From positions 96,001 through 160,000 of the forward strand of contig JAGWLG010000001.1 of NCBI GenBank assembly GCA_028864975.1: a DNA stretch of 64,000 nucleotides, in the 5' to 3' direction. This DNA is from Thermoplasmata archaeon (GTDB lineage Archaea > Thermoplasmatota > Thermoplasmata > Lutacidiplasmatales > UBA184). Positions within the stretch are counted from its first letter, which is position 1, and every line of letters starts with the position of its first letter. The notes under the pieces are model-generated. The model was not told the DNA's origin, did not search any database, and was given only the letters and a program-made list of their open reading frames with translations. The position numbers and the translations under genes were made by a program. Positions 27,108 through 38,049 of the stretch are shown in pieces.

Positions 27108-27785
27108 TCAGGTCACGGTGATCGTCCCGGACATGAACCCTGGCTGCCCCATCGACCAGCCGTCGCAGGGGGCCTGGCATTCCCAAAGGACCGGGCCGGT
27201 CGTGTTGAAGTAAAGGGCGAAGGTGGTCGACCAGCCGCTCGGCCCATCGGACTCGTGGAGCGGTACGTTCCAACCCGAAGTCGTGCTCTGCGGCAGCGCG
27301 CTGAACGTATGGGAGACATCCCCCAAGGGGATCTCGCTCGCCGCGGTGCCCCAGCTGGAGGGGAGGCTTGCCCCCACGTGCTCCACTCCCCCCACGACCC
27401 CCGAAACCTGGGCGACGGGGGTGGCGACCGGGTTCTGGCCGTTGTCGAAGTTCGTGATGGTGAAGATGATCTCCGTGTGATCAGGGACGGTGAAATTCGC
27501 GGGGGTGAACTGGTCGCTCCCGTTGAACGGGGAGGCACACCACGCGCATCCTCCTTTGATCGCCAGGTACACGTAATCGGGCGCCGGGGGCGGCGGAGGG
27601 GTCGGCTTGGGGGTGGGCGCGGCCTCGGCGGCATGGGGCCCCAGGCCCCAGACGACCCAGGAGAGGGAGATCACCAGGGCAACGACGAAGATCTCCGCGA
27701 AGAGGCGGTTCCACGACGAGGACCCGAAACCGAGGGAGCTGGGCTTTCCACGGGGCTTCGCGACGAGGCTCGAGGTCGACTTCAT
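27108..27785 (-). CDS. Membrane-anchored cupredoxin-fold protein with a CuA-like, non-canonical ligand set
   Basis: N-terminal TM, Pro linker, PANFTVP, SHTF, C-terminal WECQAPCDGWSMGQPGFMSGTITV. Confidence 0.65.
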   Translation of the reverse strand: MKSTSSLVAKPRGKPSSLGFGSSSWNRLFAEIFVVALVISLSWVVWGLGPHAAEAAPTPKPTPPPPPAPDYVYLAIKGGCAWCASPFNGSDQFTPANFTVPDHTEIIFTITNFDNGQNPVATPVAQVSGVVGGVEHVGASLPSSWGTAASEIPLGDVSHTFSALPQSTTSGWNVPLHESDGPSGWSTTFALYFNTTGPVLWECQAPCDGWSMGQPGFMSGTITVT

Positions 27786-27935
27786 GCGCAGTGGGTCCCG
27801 GGGCGGGTAGTAAAGGAGGAAGTGCAGTCGGATTGAGCAACCCGAGGCCGTTCGACCGCGAGCTCCGGTGTCGGCCACCGCCCGCGTCAAGACACTTATA
27901 CGCGGGTGACCCGAGGCCCCCCACGGAGGGCGAGC

Positions 27936-28946
27936 GTGGCGGAACCGAGGCAGGGAGAGATCTGGATCGAGAAGTATCGACCCCGATCGCTCTCGGAGAT
28001 GGTGGGCCAGACGAAGATCGTCCCGCTCCTCCAAGCCTACGTGAAGAAACGGACCCTGCCCCATCTGCTCTTCGCGGGCCCTCCTGGGACCGGGAAGACC
28101 ACGGCCGCGCTCTGCCTCGCGAGGGACCTCTACGGCGAGGATTGGCGAAGCTCGTTCCTCGAGCTCAACGCGTCCGACGAGCGCGGGATCGATACCGTGC
28201 GCGGGACGATCAAGAACTACGCGCGGAGCGCCCCCTTGGGTGAGGTCAACTTCAAGATTCTGTTCCTGGATGAGGGGGACAATTTGACTTCTGAGGCCCA
28301 GGCAAGTCTCCGGCGCACGATGGAGCGGTACTCCTCGATCTGCCGGTTCATCTTGTCCTGCAACTACTCCTCACGGGTCATCGAACCGATCCAGTCCCGC
28401 TGCGGGGTCTTCCGCTTCAAGGTGCTCCAGCCTGAGGAGATCCGCGCTTACCTGGAACGGATCGCGAAAGCGGAGGGCAAGACCGTCGTGCCCGAAGCGT
28501 ACGATGCGATCCTGAAGCTCTCGGAGGGCGACATGCGAAGGGCGGTCAATCTCCTGCAGCTCTCGGCGACGTTCTCGGACAAGGTGGACCCGGACACGGT
28601 CTACGAGAGCGCGGCCACGCCCCTCCCCCGCGAGGTCGAGGGGATGGTCAATGCCGCCATCGGCGGCGACTTCCAGGGGGCCCGCGACAAGCTCTTCACG
28701 CTCTTCACCGAGCGCGGGGCGAGCGGAGAGGACGTGGTGAAGGCGATTCACAGCTACCTCGCGACGCTTCCCATCCCCGATATCGAAAGGGTGAGGATGG
28801 TCGACGCGCTCGCCGAGGTCGAGTATCGGATCGTCGAGGGGGCCTCCGAGCGGATCCAGCTCGAGGCGTTCCTGACCCGGCTCATCTTGCTACGTTCCGC
28901 CGTGACCACGGGCGCCGGGACCAAGAGCGCCGCTCCCGGGCGATGA
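27936..28946 (+). CDS. rfcS: Replication factor C small subunit (no intein)
   Basis: WIEKYRP, GPPGTGKT, ELNASDERG, LDEGD, SRC, GDMRRA; GTG start with GGAGG and TTATA upstream. Confidence 0.97.
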   Translation: MAEPRQGEIWIEKYRPRSLSEMVGQTKIVPLLQAYVKKRTLPHLLFAGPPGTGKTTAALCLARDLYGEDWRSSFLELNASDERGIDTVRGTIKNYARSAPLGEVNFKILFLDEGDNLTSEAQASLRRTMERYSSICRFILSCNYSSRVIEPIQSRCGVFRFKVLQPEEIRAYLERIAKAEGKTVVPEAYDAILKLSEGDMRRAVNLLQLSATFSDKVDPDTVYESAATPLPREVEGMVNAAIGGDFQGARDKLFTLFTERGASGEDVVKAIHSYLATLPIPDIERVRMVDALAEVEYRIVEGASERIQLEAFLTRLILLRSAVTTGAGTKSAAPGR

Positions 28947-29446
28947 AGCGAACGTATTCCCGGCACCAGGGGGCCCGCCGCCCTGGTGGGGGCTCGACCG
29001 GCCAGCGCAGCATCACCGCGAAGCCCCTAGTCTACCGCAGGGCCGTCGTGGAGGGCGAGATCGCCCTCTCGGGCCGAGCGCGGGTGGCGATGGCCGAGGG
29101 GACCGTGGAGAAGGGCGACCCCCGTGCCGCCGCCGCCTTGGCTGGTATGTCCGCGATGAAGCGGACCGCAGAGCTGATCCCTCACTGCCACATCGTCCCG
29201 CTCACGTGGAGCCGGGTCGATCTGGAGCTGACGGAGCGGGGCGTTCGGGTCCGCGCGGAGGCCGAGGCACGGTGGTCCACGGGTGTGGAGATGGAGGCGC
29301 TCGTCGGGGCGACGGTCGCCCTGCTCACCGTGTGGGACATGGTGAAATACCTCGAGAAGGATTCTCGCGGACAGTACCCCGAGACGGTCCTGGGTCCGGT
29401 CCGTGTGACGGAGAAGGTCAAGGGCCGTTCGGGGGGACCGAGGTAG
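28943..29446 (+). CDS. moaC: Cyclic pyranopterin monophosphate synthase
   Basis: LIPHCH, TGVEMEAL, TVWDMVK. Confidence 0.93.
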   Translation: MKRTYSRHQGARRPGGGSTGQRSITAKPLVYRRAVVEGEIALSGRARVAMAEGTVEKGDPRAAAALAGMSAMKRTAELIPHCHIVPLTWSRVDLELTERGVRVRAEAEARWSTGVEMEALVGATVALLTVWDMVKYLEKDSRGQYPETVLGPVRVTEKVKGRSGGPR

Positions 29447-29447
29447 C

Positions 29448-30050
29448 ATGACGTCCCCTGGCTCGAACTACGCGCCGACCTCGCACGCGGGAGCCGTGTC
29501 GGCTCCCCGAGCGGCCACGCCACCATCGCCGTCCCACGGCGGCGCCGAAGCCGCCTCTCGCCACCATCTGGGCGCGACGCGCGCCCTGGTCTTCGGCGTC
29601 CTCACCACGTCGGACACGCACACCGAGGACGACGACGAGTCCGGGAGCGCCGTGAAGCAGATCCTCACGGAGGCCGGGCACAAGGTCGGCCACTACGGCC
29701 TGGTCGCCAACTCGGTCGCGGACATCCGCGAGGCCGTCGGCAAGTGGCTGGACGACCCGAACCTCGAAGCGGTCGTCACGATCGGCGGGACCGGGGTGAG
29801 CTCACGCGATGTGACCGTCGAAGCGCTCGCCGGGATGGGGGGGAAGCCGCTCGAAGGGTTCGGCGACCTCTACCGCATGCTGAGCTACCAGGAGGTAGGC
29901 CCGCTCGCCGTGCTTTCGCGGGCGAGCCTGTTCGCGATCCAGAACCGACCGGTCTTCGCGATCCCCGGCTCCGAGAGGGCCTGTCGCCTCGCTCTGAGCA
30001 AGCTGGTCGTCCCGACCGCCGAGCACTTGGTCGACGAGCTCGCGCGTTGA
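29448..30050 (+). CDS. moaB: Molybdopterin adenylyltransferase, MoaB/MogA family
   Basis: TSD...D.SG, GGTGVSSRDVTVEA, GFG..YR, LSRA, PGS. Confidence 0.9.
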   Translation: MTSPGSNYAPTSHAGAVSAPRAATPPSPSHGGAEAASRHHLGATRALVFGVLTTSDTHTEDDDESGSAVKQILTEAGHKVGHYGLVANSVADIREAVGKWLDDPNLEAVVTIGGTGVSSRDVTVEALAGMGGKPLEGFGDLYRMLSYQEVGPLAVLSRASLFAIQNRPVFAIPGSERACRLALSKLVVPTAEHLVDELAR

Positions 30051-30131
30051 GCGTGTCGCTCCTCGAGCGAGGAGCGGTCGACCATGGGCGACGCAAAGGG
30101 GTTTATCTCGAAACACGTTGGGGACGGGTAG

Positions 30132-30458
30132 GTGAACGTCATGGGTGTCAAGGACCTCGATGCTGCGAGCTTTACGAAGTTCCCTCAGGAGAACTCGGTC
30201 GCTCTCGTCGATGTGTGGGCTCCGTGGTGCGGGCCCTGTCGCATGGTCTCTCCCATCGTCGAGCGGCTGTCGAAGCGATACGAGGGGAAGGTCGGGTTCG
30301 GCAAGCTCAACTCGGACGACAACTCCGAGACGGCGCAGCAGCTGGGCGTGATGAGCATCCCCACGCTCCTGTTCTACAAGAGCGGAAAGCTCGTCGATCG
30401 CATCGTCGGGGCGTACCCCGAGGATGTCATCGAGGAGCATCTCAAGAAGCTCCTCTGA
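30132..30458 (+). CDS. trxA: Thioredoxin (start 30132 or 30141)
   Basis: WAPWCGPC, VMSIPTL. Confidence 0.95.
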   Translation: MNVMGVKDLDAASFTKFPQENSVALVDVWAPWCGPCRMVSPIVERLSKRYEGKVGFGKLNSDDNSETAQQLGVMSIPTLLFYKSGKLVDRIVGAYPEDVIEEHLKKLL

Positions 30459-30507
30459 TCGGAGGGCCGTGTCGAGCCCCCCGTGAGGTGGGGGCGAACG
30501 GGTCAGG

Positions 30508-31467
30508 TCAGCTCGTGGAGGCCAGGTCGCGGGTCCACGTCTCGGTTCTCGCGATCATGCTCAACGAGAGCTCTGCCTGAAGGCCAGGCGAGAGGGCTTG
30601 CCCTTCCTCCGTGATGAGGAACGTGCGGGACGCTCCATGGTCCCTTGAGCGCTCCAGGGCCCCTCGGACGAGAGTTGCTAACGTGGCCTCCGGTGCGGTG
30701 GAGCTCGAGCCCTCCGCCATCGGGACAACCAGCACGTAGGCGTTGGGGCTGTCCGGACGTGTCCAGATCCGTGCCAGGAGCCCTCTCGGGCCCTGGCCCG
30801 CGACTAGCTCATCCCTCGACCAACCTTGCGCAGAGAGGGCGAGCTCGACCGGCAACATCCAGCGGCCCCGGAGCGGGAGCGTGGTCGCGCGCGCCTGGAC
30901 GGACCGGGCGGTGGCGACCTCTTCCTTCGTCGCTTCTCGGAGCTCGGAGGACCTCTCGAGCTTCGTCGCCCCACGAGGTGGCCCAGAAGCTTCCCCCTTC
31001 GACCATACCCACCTCTTCCGGAAGACCCAGCCATGCCGTCGGTAGAGGGCGATGGCGGTGGCGTTCGTCGAATCGACATCGAGCGCCATCCTCCGCCTTC
31101 CTCGCTCGAGGCTCCAGCGCTGCGCGGTCCGCACCAGCTCGGCGCCCACCCCCTTCCCGCGCTCCGAAGGCAGGACCCCGACGGCCGCGACGTAGCTCCA
31201 TCCGTGCTGGAAGAGGAGGAGCGTCGTTCCGATGAGCTTCCCATCCCGCTCGGCGGCGAGGAACCGAACGGGGGTCCTGTGGAGGACCCGTAGCAGGGCC
31301 AGGAGCGACCAGGTCGGCCCCTGGAGGACCGGGCGGAAGTCCCGTTCGGTGAGGTCGAGCAGTCCTGAGCGGCGGTCGAACTCTCCAGCTTCGCTCACGA
31401 CGATCTGTTGGTAGATGCGCCGCTCCCCCTTCCGAAGGTCGCGCACGAAGCAGGGGGGGTTGGTCAC
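30508..31467 (-). CDS. GNAT acetyltransferase with a degenerate second GNAT-like half
   Basis: VGVLPSERGKGVG, N..AIALYRRHGW. Confidence 0.8.
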   Translation of the reverse strand: MTNPPCFVRDLRKGERRIYQQIVVSEAGEFDRRSGLLDLTERDFRPVLQGPTWSLLALLRVLHRTPVRFLAAERDGKLIGTTLLLFQHGWSYVAAVGVLPSERGKGVGAELVRTAQRWSLERGRRRMALDVDSTNATAIALYRRHGWVFRKRWVWSKGEASGPPRGATKLERSSELREATKEEVATARSVQARATTLPLRGRWMLPVELALSAQGWSRDELVAGQGPRGLLARIWTRPDSPNAYVLVVPMAEGSSSTAPEATLATLVRGALERSRDHGASRTFLITEEGQALSPGLQAELSLSMIARTETWTRDLASTS

Positions 31468-31588
31468 AGGGTTCCTCAGCGGACCCGTAGCGGCGACGGG
31501 CTTGAACTCTCGGAGGCAGAGCGCACGCCCCCGTGGGGCTTTATCACAGGATCTGGTGGTGAGGGTTCGCCACCCCTGGGATGCCGGT

Positions 31589-31663
31589 GCGCCGGTGGCT
31601 CAGCCTGGATAGAGCGTTCGGTTCCTAACCGAAACGTCGTGGGTCCGAATCCCACCCGGCGCG
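31589..31663 (+). tRNA. tRNA-Arg (anticodon CCT), 75 nt, no intron, CCA not encoded
   Basis: Cloverleaf: acceptor GCGCCGG/CCGGCGC, D-stem GCTC/GAGC, anticodon stem TTCGG/CCGAA around TT-CCT-AA, T-stem GTGGG/CCCAC. Confidence 0.95.
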
Positions 31664-31700
31664 TAGGCTCCTCTGAGAGGGGGCCGGGAGGGCCCTGGGC

Positions 31701-32636
31701 ATGCCGAGAGGTCGAGAGCGGAAGAACGGGCGACAGGGAGAGGGCGACCGCGCTTCCTATCGGGGTCCCCGACGCTTCCTCTCCGCCGGTCGATACGAGG
31801 TGGAGCGCGAATGGCGCCGTCTCGAAGGGACCCCCCAACGCGACCTGCTGAGGACCCTTCGAGAGCGGTTCCTGCGTCGGAGCTTCCCGACCCCGCTTCC
31901 CGAGGGTCGATGGGCGGTCGAGGTCGGACCGGGCCCCGGGCGGTTCACCCCGGTGCTAGCGGAGACCTCCGCGCAGCTGCTCTTGGTGGACCTCTCGCGC
32001 GAGATGCTCCGAGCGGCGGCGGTCCGCCGCGAACGAGGGCTCGGGTCCCGAGGGAGGAGGGCCACCCTCGCGCTGGTCCTGGGCGACGCGACCGCCTGGC
32101 CGGTGCGTCCTGGGACGATCGAACGGTTGACCGCCATCGGGAACGTCGTCGGCTTTTCGGGAGATCGGGCCGAAGGGATCCTCCGCGAGCTCTCGGCCAG
32201 TCTCGCCCCGGGGGGAGAGATCGTGGTCGAGAGCGTATGCCCGACCACGACCCTTCCGAAGTTCGCCGCACGGTGGCGGCGGGACACCCGAGCGCCGGTG
32301 CTGGCAGGGGACCCCGAGCTCCGTCTGCGCCCGCTCCTCGGTCAGGGGTGGGAGCGGCACCACGTTCCTGGGGGCCCCCACCCCTCCTCCGCCGAGTTCC
32401 ACTTCTTCCACCCCCGAGAGATTCGGGAGGCCCTTGCGCGCCTCGGTATCGAGGTCCGGGAGCAGGAGGTCCTCGCCCCTCTGAGCGGCGACAACCCTGA
32501 GCTTGTGGGAAGGATCGCGCGAGGAGGCCCTCGTGGGCTCGACGAGCTGGTCCGTTGGGAGGAGGCGGCGGGGCACCGGCCGGAGTTCCTGGAGGCAGGG
32601 GGCCACGCGCTCACGCTCGCTGTCCGCCCTCGGTAG
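31701..32636 (+). CDS. Class I SAM-dependent methyltransferase
   Basis: VEVGPGPGRFT, VDLSREML, VLGDA, L.PGG. Confidence 0.85.
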   Translation: MPRGRERKNGRQGEGDRASYRGPRRFLSAGRYEVEREWRRLEGTPQRDLLRTLRERFLRRSFPTPLPEGRWAVEVGPGPGRFTPVLAETSAQLLLVDLSREMLRAAAVRRERGLGSRGRRATLALVLGDATAWPVRPGTIERLTAIGNVVGFSGDRAEGILRELSASLAPGGEIVVESVCPTTTLPKFAARWRRDTRAPVLAGDPELRLRPLLGQGWERHHVPGGPHPSSAEFHFFHPREIREALARLGIEVREQEVLAPLSGDNPELVGRIARGGPRGLDELVRWEEAAGHRPEFLEAGGHALTLAVRPR

Positions 32637-32854
32637 CGACCGACACCTCGATGTCACCCCCGGGGAAGGTCGTTCTGTGAAGGTGGCGAGGGGCCTTCCC
32701 CCTCCGACGGAATCCGGGTCACGATGTCGGAAAGCCCCGAGAAGGACTATTATGCGGAGCCAGCTCACGAGCGCGTGCGTGGTCCCGGGAGCCCTCTGGC
32801 CAAGGCGATCCTTGGGTCGGGGTCGCTAAGAACCCCCGCTCTGGGGGGTGAGCG

Positions 32855-34521
<1,667 letters not shown>

Positions 34522-34525
<4 letters not shown>

Positions 34526-35865
34526 ACCACGAGGCGATGAAGGACGCGAACCAACTGGCGGCGAGCTGGCGAAAGGAAGAGAAGTGGCGCGGGATCGTCC
34601 GGCCGTACAAGGCCGAGGACGTCGTGCGCCTGAGGGGGACGCTTCCGATCCGCTACACCCTGGCGGAGATGGGCGCGGAGAAGCTCTGGCATCAGCTGGC
34701 GACCCAGCCCTTCGTGCCCGCGCTCGGCGCCCAGACGGGGAACCAGGCGGTCCAGATGGTCCAGGCGGGGCTCCCCGCAATCTACGTCAGCGGCTGGCAG
34801 GTCGCCGCCGACAACAACGAGGCCGACGAGACGTACCCGGACCAAAGCCTCTACCCCTCGGACAGTGTTCCTCACTTGGTCCGTCGGATCAACAACGCCT
34901 TCAAGCGGCAGGATGAGCGCAAGCACGCGCTCAACGGCGAGCCGATCGACTGGTTCGCCCCGATCGTCGCCGACGCGGAGGCGGGCTTCGGAGGGCCTCT
35001 CAACGCCTTCGAGGTGATGAAGGACATGATCGAGGCGGGCGCCGCGGGCGTTCACCTCGAGGACCAGCTGTCCAACGCGAAGAAGTGTGGCCACCTGGGC
35101 GGGAAGGTGCTCGTCCCTTCGCGGGAGTTCTTGTGGAAGCTCCACGCGGCCCGGCTCGCGGCCGACGTCATGGACGTGCCGACCCTGCTCATCGCACGGA
35201 CCGACGCGCTCAACGCCCGCATCGTGACGAACGACGTCGACCCGGTCGACACGCCCTTCCTGAACGGCAAGCGGACGTTCGAGGGGTACTACGAGTACAA
35301 GGGGGGCATCGAGTGCGCCATTGCGCGCGGGCTCGCCTACGCTCCCGTCGCCGACATGGTCTGGTTCGAGACCTCCTCACCCGACCCCGACGAGGCCCGG
35401 TCGTTCGCCCAGGCGCTGCACGCGAGGTTCCCGGGGAAGCCGCTCGCGTACAACTGTTCCCCCTCCTTCCACTGGAAGAAGAAGCTCTCGGACGACCAGA
35501 TCGCCCGTTTCATGAGCGACCTGGGCGAGCTGGGTTACAAGTTCCAGTTCATCACGCTCGCCGGGTTCCACTCGCTCAACTACCACCTGTTCGAGCTCGC
35601 GCGGGCCTACCGCTCCCAGGGCATGACGGCCTACGCCAAGTTCCAGGAACAGGAGTTCGCCGCCGTCCCCAACGGGTACAAGGCGGTCGCGCACCAGGCG
35701 TTCGTCGGGACCGACTACTTCGACGAGGTGGCCCAGGTCATCTCGGGAGGCGAGGCGTCCACGCTCGCCATGGACGGCTCGACGGAGCGCGAGCAGTTCC
35801 ACACGGGCACGGAAGGCAAGGCCTCCGCCTCGTCGAAGCAAAAGACGCCGGTCGCGGCCCGCTGA
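34522..35865 (+). CDS. aceA: Isocitrate lyase (short form)
   Basis: [53 protein letters not shown]. Confidence 0.97.
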
Positions 35866-36088
35866 TCGCGCGTGTAGGAGCGCCCACACCGTAAGGGGCG
35901 TGGCACGGGCGGGACCGCCCCTCCGCGGGCGCCCTTCTCCACGCTCCCCCGCGGAGAACTGCCGTCCGCCGACCGGTGTCCGTCGCCTGCACGCGCCGCC
36001 ACCAGGGATCGGGGGGCCCGCTAGCTCCGTTGGGACCGCTCCTCCTTCCGAGGGCGGGCAGTCGGAACCATCAAGGGACATACGGCAC

Positions 36089-36340
36089 ATGCCCATCATG
36101 ATGGTCGCGCCACGGAAGCCCAGCGAGCGAGAACGGTTCGCCGCGAACCACGTGTGGTTCGAGGCCCACCTGCCTGAGCTCTTGGAACGCTACGGGGGAC
36201 TCTACGTGGCGGTGGACCAGGGCTCGGTGCTAGCCGCGGTCCGGCGCGTCCGGGACCTCTCTGAGCGATTCGGCAAGGACCCGGCCATCTTGATCGAGAA
36301 AGTCGCCCGACCTGAGGACGAGATCTTCTACTGCAACTAG
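36089..36340 (+). CDS. Small DUF5678-like protein
   Basis: WFEAHLPELLERYGGLYVAV...VLA pattern. Confidence 0.6.
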   Translation: MPIMMVAPRKPSERERFAANHVWFEAHLPELLERYGGLYVAVDQGSVLAAVRRVRDLSERFGKDPAILIEKVARPEDEIFYCN

Positions 36341-36503
36341 GCCGCAGAGTCCCCCGTCGACGTTGGGTCTCCAGGTGTCGGTGACTTCTCGAGGTTACGT
36401 GCCACGTTGACGGTCGACTACGATAGCGAGGTCGTGACCCTGTCGTGGCCCTGAACGCAGCGCCGGGGGCATCTCGCGGGGCGGTTTTCGCCGCCCCCCC
36501 TGG

Positions 36504-37808
36504 TCAGTCGAGCAACGAAAGCAGCCGGCGGCGTCGTGCGCGAGCGCGCCCCAGGAGCGCGGGTGGGACGTACAGTCCGACCGCCCACGGTGTGATCGGG
36601 CGGTCGACGAGCGCAGCCCACGTGCTCCCCTCGCGCAGGAGGTCGACCACCTTCCCGCCATCCCAGATCCAGAGCGGGTCCCGTGGGGCCGAGGGGGTGG
36701 AGAGCGGGCCCCTCGCGCCCCGATGGGTGTTGGCCAGGTCGAGGAGCGCGGAGCCCGGGGGCCCGTCTAGGATCTCTGCGAGATCATCCTCCACAGCTCG
36801 GCGTGCGGCGGGGTCTCGACCTAGTCGCCGCAAGGTGCGGCCTCGAGAGGTCCCTTCCTCCCACGAAAGGGTCCAGGCCCGCTTGTAGAGCTGACGGAGC
36901 TCGAAGCGTCGCGCGATCTCGGCGGCGCGCCCGCCCGCGTTCTCGAGGGCCCCCATCAGGCCGCCGTCGGTGAGGGCCAGGAGGGGGGCGACGTTCGGGA
37001 ACTCGGGGAGCCGCTCCACCGCGGACTGGAGCATCACCTCCGCGATCCGTACGGTCTTGTTGTAGTAGACCGAGGAGTACATGAGCGACCGCGCGAAGAG
37101 GAAGCCCTCGACCGCGGGGCGCCCCTTCTCGGCGAAGACCAGGTGGCCCCGGTCGCGCCGCAGGGTCTCGAGGAGCCGGTTCGCGTCGATGAAGCCATGG
37201 GCGACCCCCGTGTAGTGGGCGTCGCGCTGAAGGTAGTCGAGTCGGTCCGCGTCGACCGACCCGTGCAGCATCTCGCTGCGGAAGGGGCGGGAGGAGGGCC
37301 GCCGGGCGCGGAGGAGGTCGACGGTCTCCCGTACCGATAGGCCGTGCCGCTCCAGGACCTCGGGGACCGAGCGGGGGCGCGGAGCGCTGGTAATCCCCCG
37401 CTGGAAGCGTTCGAAAGGAAGAGGGAGCTCGCCCCGGAGGAGGTCCGAGGTGACCTGCTCATGCGACTTGCCTTCGACCTCTTCGAGGACCGGCTCCAGG
37501 GTGTGGGAGAAGGGGGTGTGCCCGAGGTCGTGAAGGAGACCCGCCACCTCCAGGGGGACCGCCTCCTGGGGGGAGAGCCCCAGTCCGGTGGCCATCGCGC
37601 GCGCGACCCAGAGCACGCCGAGCGAGTGTTCCAGCCGGGTGTGGTTCGCGCCGGGAAAGACCAGGTGGGCGAGACCGGTCTGGCGGATCCCCCAGAGCCG
37701 CTGAAGAAGGGGATGGGAGAGGAGCTCGAGCGTGGGACCCGTGAGCGAGATCGACCCGTGCACGGGGTCGTAGATGTACTTCCGAGGACCGGGACGAATG
37801 GGCACCAC
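36504..37808 (-). CDS. HD-superfamily phosphohydrolase (COG1078 / SAMHD1-like)
   Basis: DPVHG, QRL..IRQ.G, HTRLEHSLG, LLHDLGHTPFSH, DADRLDYLQRD. Confidence 0.92.
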   Translation of the reverse strand: MVPIRPGPRKYIYDPVHGSISLTGPTLELLSHPLLQRLWGIRQTGLAHLVFPGANHTRLEHSLGVLWVARAMATGLGLSPQEAVPLEVAGLLHDLGHTPFSHTLEPVLEEVEGKSHEQVTSDLLRGELPLPFERFQRGITSAPRPRSVPEVLERHGLSVRETVDLLRARRPSSRPFRSEMLHGSVDADRLDYLQRDAHYTGVAHGFIDANRLLETLRRDRGHLVFAEKGRPAVEGFLFARSLMYSSVYYNKTVRIAEVMLQSAVERLPEFPNVAPLLALTDGGLMGALENAGGRAAEIARRFELRQLYKRAWTLSWEEGTSRGRTLRRLGRDPAARRAVEDDLAEILDGPPGSALLDLANTHRGARGPLSTPSAPRDPLWIWDGGKVVDLLREGSTWAALVDRPITPWAVGLYVPPALLGRARARRRRLLSLLD

Positions 37809-38049
37809 GATCGGTCCTTCGACCCCCGGGGCGCGGAGCAGGAGGGGTCGACATCAAGGTTCCTCCGACGAGCTCCGGCCGCGGAGATGCAGGGCCCCCT
37901 GCCCGGGAGCCCGACGAGGGGGGCCACCGAGGGGGTCCGATGGCGCCTGGGGCAGGGCCCCGCCCCGCGGGCGAGGAGGCGAGGTCCGCGGAACCTCTGA
38001 CGGCGGATGTCGAACCCTTTATGTCGTACCGGTGAACTCCCAGGTCGAA

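Noticed and set aside
35866-36088. GC-rich gap after aceA considered as SRP or RNase P RNA
   Set aside because: Neither the SRP helix-8 (CAGG..GGAA..AGCA) nor the RNase P P4 (GAGGAAAGUCC) signature is present on either strand
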